Part shown: positions 56,565 to 64,000 of the stretch, one piece after another
Layout: every line of letters starts with the position of its first letter
Numbering within the stretch: the stretch's first letter is position 1
Source: Diplonema japonicum
Lineage: Eukaryota; Protista; Euglenozoa: Diplonemea
Assembly: GCA_964019335.1 (NCBI GenBank)
Contig: OZ025673.1
Location: 124,001-188,000 of the forward strand
Direction of reading: 5' to 3'
DNA: 64,000 nucleotides
Made by a program: the position numbers and the translations under genes
Notes under the pieces: model-generated
The model's database searches: none
Told to the model about the DNA's origin: nothing
The model's input: only the letters and a program-made list of their open reading frames with translations

Positions 56565-57182
56565 CATTCTTTTTAACATTCGCAGTATAAGTCCTGGATA
56601 ACCACTGCTTGCTAATGCTCTTTTTTTTTTTTTGCTCTTACAAGAAGCTGAGAAGTACTTGTTAAGTACCGGGAAAAAAAAAAAAAAAAAAAAAAAAGAA
56701 TAAGAAAAACTTTTTAAGATTTCTTAAGGGTTTTTATTTTGAAAAAAAAAAATTAATTTTTTTTGAAAATTGCTGAATTCTTTTACCAAAATTATTCGGA
56801 GATTGGTAGAAAAGGGTGAAAAAATAGAGAGAGGAAACGAAGAAAAAAAAATGGCTTTTGTATCAAAATATCAAGCACGCATTTTCTTTTTTTATTCTTT
56901 CTTTTTTTTTTTTTTCCTTTGCACGCTACCGCCACTAAGAGAAAAGAAGAAGAAGAAAGGGACTAAATTACTTCACCCAATTTCTTCTTCGAAATATGCT
57001 TTCTTGTTAAGAAAACATCACAAAAAAAAAAGTGCACAAGGGGTAAAAAATAAAATGTAGGGGAGGGGCAAGGGCGAGGGTGCAAAATGGTCATGTAACA
57101 AAAGAGAGGGGGGGGGGGGTGCTCACGGAAAGAAATTTATTTCAAACAGTTTGTCCCCCTTTTTTTTTTTAACAGCTTTCAA

Positions 57183-57954
57183 ATAACTCCAGTCAGATTT
57201 TCAACTGTGGAAGTGAAAAACAGGTGCAGGAATGAAAATTACTCTATGAGTGAATATAAAGTACTTTATATTCACGCTAGCCCTATTTCCACTGCACAGA
57301 AAGGGTTCGGGGGCGCAAGCACGAAAAAAAAGAAATCACCCAAGTGGTTACCACATAGGCCCCCTTGTTTTGGAAACCCCGGTTCGAATCTGGGAATCTC
57401 ACTTTTTACGTCGCTTATCTGGTCGCCTCTCTCAACAGGGAAAGTGGGCTTGGCAAGCCAGCAGCGGTGACAGCTGCTAGTGGGGCAACCTCAGCACCCA
57501 GGCAGCAGCCCCACAGGTCCAGACCGAGGTCCTGTTAGCGCCCATGGACGCACAGCCTGCACCACAGGATATGCCTTGATAATCGGCCCCCTTGTCTTGG
57601 AAACCCCGGTTCGAATCTGGGAATCTGGGACTTGGCAAGCCAGCGGTGACAGCTGCTAGTGGGGCAACCTCAGCAGCCCCACAGGTCCAGAGAGGTCCAC
57701 ACAGTATGCCTTGATCTCAAAATCAACGTCAATCATAAGCACCCCCCAGTAAAAATTGTAACTTGTAACTTGTAATACCCCACGCTTTCAAATCTGACTG
57801 ACGTTAAATAAAACAACGGATTTAGTGAAAATAGATCCGATTTTCACTTGTGGTGGCATGTTTAACTCGTTGGTGTTACTTTACTCGCTGCGCTCGTGAA
57901 GTAACCATTCATGACTGCCACCACGCGTGAAAATCACGTCTTCACTAAATAAAT
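57183..57954 (+). repeat. Composite interspersed repeat, copy 3 (internal duplication)
   Basis: Long near-identical blocks shared with copy 2; the T-arm-like segment occurs twice (57378 and ~57605). Confidence 0.88.
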
Positions 57955-58119
57955 AGTAATTATTTTTCTTTTACTTTTCATTTACTTCCCGTTTACAGTT
58001 TGATTATTATTTCTTTAAAGACTAGTACTACAGCGACCTTCCTTTTCAAATATTTGTAAAAAAATTGAGAGAGAGCAAAATAAAACCACCCATCCCAACA
58101 ACAAAAGAAAAAAAAAAAA

Positions 58120-58645
58120 CTCAAAGTACAGGATAAGCCCCCCGCTAGGGGACCGCCCTATGGGAGGGGGGAGTCTATCTGTTAATACTCCCTTCTGGAG
58201 CATTGCTTTCATCCCGATTAAAGCCGTGAGCGTCTTGCGGAGTCGTGTGATGCGGTCCCGCTTGTAGTCGGCTTTCAATTCCATTAGCTTGTCGTGCGTG
58301 GAGCGGGTGGCGAAAATAGGCCTCCTGGAGAAACCAATAGCTGCCTTTCCTCCAATGGCGATGAGGGACTTCACTCTTTTTCTCTCGTCCGCTGGGAAGG
58401 GGCGTCGCTTCTTCCGTGCCCTGCATGCTGTGTTTATCTTTACGATGAGAGCTTTGATTCTGCGCGCCCTATCTTCCAGCAGGCCTCCCAAAGACTTTCC
58501 GGTCGTCCATTCGAAGTCAATGGCCAGTTCCACCGCCGACACCTCCGAGGTGGTGTCCTTCTCCACCCAGCGCAGTTGTGACAACCATTGTAGCAGCGGG
58601 TTCAGGTACTGGGAAAAAACTAAACTAAACCTGCCTTCTGCTTAA
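58120..58645 (-). mobile_element. 5'-truncated copy of a second, divergent LINE family of the same clade
   Basis: QLRW...VSAVELAIDFEWTTGKSLGG...RRPFPA...IGFSRRPIFA aligns with ORF2 QLRW...VSTVELALDFENVTGKTLGG...RRAFPA...IGWNRRAIFA; ends in a hairpin followed by a T-tract. Confidence 0.88.
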
Positions 58646-59277
58646 TGAGACGTGCGCACAAAAATGTATTGCATGCAACTTTAAAAAATAGCAATAAGGA
58701 TTCTTTTTGTTTTTTTTTTCTTTTTCTTCTTCTTTCCTTTTTTTTTGTTTTGTTTTGTTTTTTTGTTTTTGTTTCCGATTTCCCAATTGTGGAATGTTTT
58801 TTTTTTTTTTTTTTTTAAATAATTATAAAAGTGGATTTTGTTTTCCTTTTCTTTTTCTTTTGAATAACTAATCTCGCGCCTGCCCCCGTTTTGTGTTTAT
58901 CTAATAAAAATAAACCTGGAAGACATTTTGGGCAATTGGGAGGGGGGGATTTAATCTTGAGGGAGGGAAGAAAAAAAAAAAAAGAAAATCTCCTTCTCTC
59001 GTTCCAGCAGCTAAGATCGGGATCTGACATGAATTCAAAAGTCAAATGCGGACCGAAGGTCAGCTTTACACGAGATAAGGAGTGAATTAGGGGGGGGGGG
59101 GGATGTAATGTTACGTCAAAGACACCATCCATAAAGGTGGCCAGTGGGCGTTGGGGAGGAAACAAGACGGCAATGAGTGACAGAACCTTTCGTAAAAGAA
59201 GAGGAAATTACGATTTCCTTTTTTTTTTCTTTTTTCTTTTTTTTTTCTTAATAAAAAATAGCTCATTACGCTGCCAT

Positions 59278-59322
<45 letters not shown>

Positions 59323-60046
59323 AAGCTGAAAACCGCTGCTTTTGTATTTTAAGAATACTTCCTCACCCCCTTTACCATGACATCAATCCCTTGCTCTTTT
59401 TCTCCTTTCTTTTTCTTCAGAAATATTTTAAACCCTCAGAGAGTCTTAAAAAAAAAAAAAAAAGAAAGAAAGGAGCAGGAAAAAAAAGCATATTTGAGCA
59501 CCGGATAACAGGTAATTGTAACACGATGAGAAAAAGAAAAAAAAGGGGGGGGGGAGAAAGGGAACGTGGGAAACAAATGAGAGTGGAATATAGAGGGAAA
59601 GGGGGCGAGAGACTGCTTGAGATGTTGCAGAGGGAGAGAGAGGGGGAGAGGGAGTCATTTCCTTAACTCATCGCTTCATCTTTTTTTCTTTCTTTTCATT
59701 CCCCCTCGAGTATGAGAAAAGTACCTCTCACAGATTCAGGCGCTTGGTCCTGCATTGCTTTTTTTTTTTCTTTTCACACCGAATCACAATTCTTTTTTTT
59801 TTCTTCTTTATTTTACCAGGAAGAGGAAGAAAACAAAAAAAAAAAAAAACGAAATAAAAAAAAAATAAAAAAAACGGGGATAAATCATTTTTTTTTTATT
59901 TTTTTTTCCTTTTTCTCACTTTTTTTTTTCCTTTTTTTTTTTCCCCCTTTTTTTTCTTTTTAAACTTTCTTCCTTCCCACACCACTGAAGGGGGTAAAAA
60001 CTCTTTTTTTTTTTTTTTTTTTTTTTAAAATTCCCTTTTTTCTTCT

Positions 60047-62251
60047 TCACAGCTGAGGAAGAGACGGCGCAGATGTATCAATAAGGTCGCCCACTTGTCC
60101 CGTCTCGGGGAAACAATTATTCATAATAATCGAACAACCAACCACAGCAGACGCCTGAAGCTGAAGCTGCGACAAAAGCGTGTCGTTCCTAGCTCTGTTC
60201 GGGAGGTGGGAGTAGTGCACAAGAAGCCTCGACGCATCAAACGGGTACTCACACCGTTGTATACTAATTCCCGACTGCATACGGTAGGCCAGGTCCAACA
60301 GTGTAGCCATGGCTGTCTCTTCCTTCTTAACAAGATCCCTCCAAAGGCTTACCTCATACGCAGAAGCCTTTCTGTGAACCTTATAAGCATCATCCTTCCT
60401 ACCGCCCTTTCTCTCCCCTGTAACCAAACCAATCCCAACACCAATACCAGTTTCAACAACAACATGCTCACCAGGTACCGTGCGGATCGTGCTAGTAAAC
60501 TCACCACGTCTACCATGCTTGAAGATGACAGCGGTACGGATCAACTGAACAGGTGGAGGTGATGGAGTTGGCAAAGCGGCCATCAACGGTGGGGGAGGAG
60601 TTGGAGTTTGGACATAAGTGGGAGACATCGTTGACATGGAACGCTGGATGTGCAGAGCTTGCGAGTATGCAGGCGGCTCATCAGGGTTAGGCTGCATCAT
60701 AGGTATGCTGTCATCAAGATTGCACTCCAAGGAACCTGCTGATATGAAAGAGACACCATGGGTGCGTACACTGCTCATCATATCGTCAGATGGGGATGGT
60801 GATTGAATGATCTCCACTTCTTCATCTGAGTCGCTGGGGCCTGGGATGTTGTAAGGGTCGTGTGACCATGACCCGCCTGAATGGTTTGACTGGTGGGAGA
60901 TTACGGAGCTGCAACGTTCCGACCCCGGGAACCCCACGCATCTCACGCTTGTCCTCTGCGCCATTGCAGCTACCTTTAAGAGAATGTTCTTATCTATGAT
61001 CTTGGCGTTCGGTCCTGTGCTGCCGCCTACTACTGTTGTACCGTCGTATGAAAGGAATTTAACTGTGAACAGTGCCGAGTCCATCCACCATTGGATCCCG
61101 CCTCCGACGCCTTCTGTCAGCCTGTGTACTACACCGCTTGTGTCTGTGAAGACGAGGGGTTGCGTGCCTTCTTCTTTCTTCGTCTTCTTCTTGTTGCCTG
61201 GTAGGTTCGTGCAGCGTATCCTTGCCCTTGCTGCGAGGCTTCCGATCGACTTCAAACACTGCTCGCGGGCCTTCTCGTCGTCCACTAGTTCGGGCGACAT
61301 GATGGTGTCCCCTTTCCGGAATTTCAGCTGCCCCTCTTCGTACCGCACTTCTCTGATGTCGGGCATCTTCGCTTTACCATCGACGTACCACTGCAGCTTG
61401 CCTGTGCTGCCGAAGGATCTACCCAAACGGATAATGTTCGTAGTGCCGTTGGGCGACCCGAAGACGTACTCCACAGTAGGGAGGGACGATGCGCCGCCCT
61501 GGGGCCAGGAACGGGTTTGCTGCAGAATTTGAAACTTCATGTGTGGGGGGAGGTAATTCTCGCCCTCCTCGAAGGTGCCAGCAAGGCAAGGGAGGGCAGT
61601 GATGTCGATTGTGGTGGGGACCTTCACAAGTTCTATGTCTGTGCGGGTACGGGGCTTCCTGACGTAGTTGAGCGCATGGACAGGGTGCATGGGCTCGTTC
61701 GCAGGGTTATCCATGTTGGGGACAAGAGAGAGAATAATCGTAGGCTCGCAGCACTTCTCATACGCCTTGAGAGCGAGGATGGGCGGGCGGCATTCTTGTA
61801 ACGCCACAAGTTCGATATCTTGACACCTGACAACTGTGTTGATAGAGCCCTCAAGGGAGCAGACAAGGAGGAACTCTGCGGTGATAACAAGAACAGATTC
61901 TTCGGACTTGTTATCCACCGTGATTTGCTCCACGATGCGCCAGCAGTAGCAACCCCTTGTCAGCGACACGAACCTGTCTGCGTATTGTGAAGGGGGTGCC
62001 ATCGCCTCCATGCGGTACGGTTTCAACTTCGCTGTCTTCGGCCCTTTGTTCAACTCCATCGTCTGAGCCGCGGCTACTAACCGGCGCATGTCCATGTACG
62101 TCAGCCCCCGCGACTCAAAAACCTTAATTTCACTCAACAAGTCCAGCTCAAGCAGGTCCGACGCCTTTGTCACACCTAGCGACACCAGCCTGTCGGGCTC
62201 CCGCACCCCGACAGACATGCATAGCTCTGTCACCTCATTTTTTTCCATCAT
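60047..62251 (-). CDS. SAM-like + PH/TH1-like + C-terminal PSP1-domain protein
   Basis: PSP1 signature VIFKHGRR...GEHVVVETGIGVGIGLV...KVHRKAS...E..A...CEYPFDASRLLVHY. Confidence 0.8.
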   Translation of the reverse strand: MMEKNEVTELCMSVGVREPDRLVSLGVTKASDLLELDLLSEIKVFESRGLTYMDMRRLVAAAQTMELNKGPKTAKLKPYRMEAMAPPSQYADRFVSLTRGCYCWRIVEQITVDNKSEESVLVITAEFLLVCSLEGSINTVVRCQDIELVALQECRPPILALKAYEKCCEPTIILSLVPNMDNPANEPMHPVHALNYVRKPRTRTDIELVKVPTTIDITALPCLAGTFEEGENYLPPHMKFQILQQTRSWPQGGASSLPTVEYVFGSPNGTTNIIRLGRSFGSTGKLQWYVDGKAKMPDIREVRYEEGQLKFRKGDTIMSPELVDDEKAREQCLKSIGSLAARARIRCTNLPGNKKKTKKEEGTQPLVFTDTSGVVHRLTEGVGGGIQWWMDSALFTVKFLSYDGTTVVGGSTGPNAKIIDKNILLKVAAMAQRTSVRCVGFPGSERCSSVISHQSNHSGGSWSHDPYNIPGPSDSDEEVEIIQSPSPSDDMMSSVRTHGVSFISAGSLECNLDDSIPMMQPNPDEPPAYSQALHIQRSMSTMSPTYVQTPTPPPPLMAALPTPSPPPVQLIRTAVIFKHGRRGEFTSTIRTVPGEHVVVETGIGVGIGLVTGERKGGRKDDAYKVHRKASAYEVSLWRDLVKKEETAMATLLDLAYRMQSGISIQRCEYPFDASRLLVHYSHLPNRARNDTLLSQLQLQASAVVGCSIIMNNCFPETGQVGDLIDTSAPSLPQL

Positions 62252-62307
62252 TCCGTTCTTAATTCTCCCTCTTCTCTTCCTTTCTCTCGCCCCCCTTTTA
62301 TCGTGTT

Positions 62308-63228
62308 TCAGAGGACTATGGATGATTTTTTGGTTTGAGAAGATTTCGGGGAAAAAAAATTGAATAAAAAAGTCTTCAGTCCTCCACCTCGCGTTTCCGT
62401 TTCAGCATTTCCTCCTTGACCTGAGGGGGGGAGGGTGAATTTTTGAAGGAGAGAACATACCGCTTCCTCCCTTGCATCATATGTCTTAGGTAAGATGTAT
62501 TTCATCCCCATCATCACCTTCAACAACGAGGAATAAACAAACCCGGGCGAGGCTTTCTGCAGCCCGATCTTCTTCATTTGAGAGTTGCTGGTTTTAAGAG
62601 GCAGGAGCTGGACAAGACCCTTAGAGATGGACAGCATTCGCGAGAAGAAGTGAAGAAGAGCCTCGTTGATGGCAAGGGCGTTGTCCTCGAAGGAGGACCG
62701 GAACTGCAGCACGGCCCCCTGGGAGGTCACGTCTGTGACTTGTATTTTGGTATGGGCACCGAATGTGACAAAAACCATGATAGTTGTCATTTCCATGCCC
62801 TCAACCTTCTCTTGGTCTATGGAGACAGGGACAACGAGCTCCTTGGCATCAAGGCTTTCGAGAGTGATGGTAGGGTTTGTAGTTACAATGCCAGGTAAGA
62901 TGTAGCTGTGCTTATTCCGAACGTCGTCCAGGTCCCTCGTTTTGTACCCGAACCACACCCCGCAGCTTCTGCATGTCATCCTGTACTGCCTCTCTGCGCC
63001 CCTTCCTGGGCGAAGGAGGTCTTTCACTTCCCCTTTGTTCACGTCCATTTTTTTTACCTTCTCCTCTCCTACGATATACGCCCCGTCTGTTACCCTGCGG
63101 GGGCAGTTCCCCAGCAGCCCTGTCATCAACATTACAGAGCTGCCACAGCGCAGACAGCAATACGTCTGGATCGCTACATCCGACTCATGGGACTCATACA
63201 CAGTGACCTGACGCCTGGTGCTCGTCAT
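62308..63228 (-). CDS. STEEP1/CXorf56-like domain fused to a DUF167 (YggU/UPF0235)-like domain
   Basis: YCCLRCGS...PRRVTDGAYIV...ERQYRMTCRSCG (STEEP1-like); AINEALLHFFSRMLSISKGLVQL (DUF167-like). 3' end likely spliced. Confidence 0.8.
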   Translation of the reverse strand: MTSTRRQVTVYESHESDVAIQTYCCLRCGSSVMLMTGLLGNCPRRVTDGAYIVGEEKVKKMDVNKGEVKDLLRPGRGAERQYRMTCRSCGVWFGYKTRDLDDVRNKHSYILPGIVTTNPTITLESLDAKELVVPVSIDQEKVEGMEMTTIMVFVTFGAHTKIQVTDVTSQGAVLQFRSSFEDNALAINEALLHFFSRMLSISKGLVQLLPLKTSNSQMKKIGLQKASPGFVYSSLLKVMMGMKYILPKTYDAREEAVCSLLQKFTLPPSGQGGNAETETRGGGLKTFLFNFFSPKSSQTKKSSIVL

Positions 63229-63516
63229 CTTTCTTTTCTTATTTTCCCCTCCTCGCCTTTTTTGTCCTCGGTTTTTTCTTTTTCTTTTTTTTTTTCTTTG
63301 CCGTACGTGTTAAAAAAGAATAAAGAGGCGATGTTTAAGGGCAAATCCCCATTTGAGGATCACCCTAAGGGGGGGGGGGGGGGGTCTATCTTTTGTATAT
63401 ATAAAAAAAGATGTTTATGTATAAATACAAAAAAAGGAGAAAAAAAAAAAGAGAAAAAAAAAAAGGGGGATACAGAAGTACAATATAAAGAAACAAAAAG
63501 AACATGTGGGAGGGGC

Positions 63517-64000
63517 TCACATCCTCCACGGGGACCTCACGGACTGTATCTCCCTCCTCGGGGTGGTGGGTATGATTTTCGACTCCGGGCATTGCGCCTC
63601 ATTCGATTCGAAATAAAACTGCGTGTGCTGTAAATGAGGCGGCATTTCGCTTCGCGCAACCAAAGCAGGTGTTCGCGGGGTAGGAGGAGTAATGGGTGTA
63701 GAGACACACGAAGGCTGAGGAGGAATTCCCTTGGAGCCTCTATTCACATTAGGATAAGTAGGTACATGGTAGGAGTGAGTAGAAGTATGCAAGCGATGCT
63801 CCTTCCTTTCCTCGGCAATGTTGAGAGGAGTTGTGCATCCTGCTGCGGGCACGTTTCCAGACCCTTCATACCATGTGGTTTTCGCCTCCCTTGGAGGTCT
63901 GTAGTGAACTAACCCACCGCCAACTAAGAACCTCCCACCTGCCACCTTCCTTGCCCTCGGAGACATGACTCCTTCGCCTCTTCCTTTCAACACGTGCCTT
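63517..64000 (-). CDS. 3' portion of a hypothetical gene running off the window end
   Basis: Open frame to the window edge with coding-like composition. Confidence 0.55.
   Translation of the reverse strand, partial: RHVLKGRGEGVMSPRARKVAGGRFLVGGGLVHYRPPREAKTTWYEGSGNVPAAGCTTPLNIAEERKEHRLHTSTHSYHVPTYPNVNRGSKGIPPQPSCVSTPITPPTPRTPALVARSEMPPHLQHTQFYFESNEAQCPESKIIPTTPRREIQSVRSPWRM

Noticed and set aside
57332-57400. Functional tRNA gene
   Set aside because: The T-arm is good but the acceptor, D and anticodon stems do not form; it is embedded in a dispersed repeat.
58123-58131. Spliced-leader remnant (CTGTACTTT on the minus strand)
   Set aside because: Only 9 nt match the euglenozoan SL 3' portion, and it is at a LINE 3' end rather than a 5' end; likely chance.
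286-63912. Numerous long plus-strand ORFs (e.g. 778-1341, 7781-8452, 19108-19902, 35335-36225)
   Set aside because: Ser-rich antisense shadows of real minus-strand CDSs, with no recognisable motifs.

Overview
Eukaryotic nuclear DNA, most plausibly from a diplonemid or related euglenozoan (inference). All ~25 recognisable host genes lie on the minus strand across the full 64 kb, consistent with one polycistronic-type cluster. They carry very short (33-85 nt) GT-AG introns and are separated by A/T/G homopolymer-rich spacers. Recognisable products: a DEP+longin protein, a poly-His/CCCH/LRR/pseudokinase multidomain protein, a probable MEI1/PRD1 meiotic factor, a MAPR-type cytochrome b5-like protein, a bacterial-type AdoMetDC-like protein with a signal anchor, GST-zeta, a TDY MAP kinase, PPR-like, RING, LRR, WW, PSP1 and STEEP1-DUF167 proteins. 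The standout is an apparently intact 6.2-kb APE-RT non-LTR retrotransposon (4898-11069). It sits in sense orientation inside what was a ~38-nt last intron of a host gene, has no poly(A) tail, and appears to target TA-T(n) tracts; three truncated relatives elsewhere show the same orientation and flank. Its ORF1/ORF2 junction packs a -1 overlap, a GC-rich hairpin around the ORF1 stop and a 2A-like GIHPNPGP motif directly before the endonuclease, suggesting frameshift plus StopGo recoding. Defective hAT, pogo and piggyBac elements, MITEs and a composite repeat with a tRNA-like core are also present. Domain calls come from motif recognition by eye, not from database searches.
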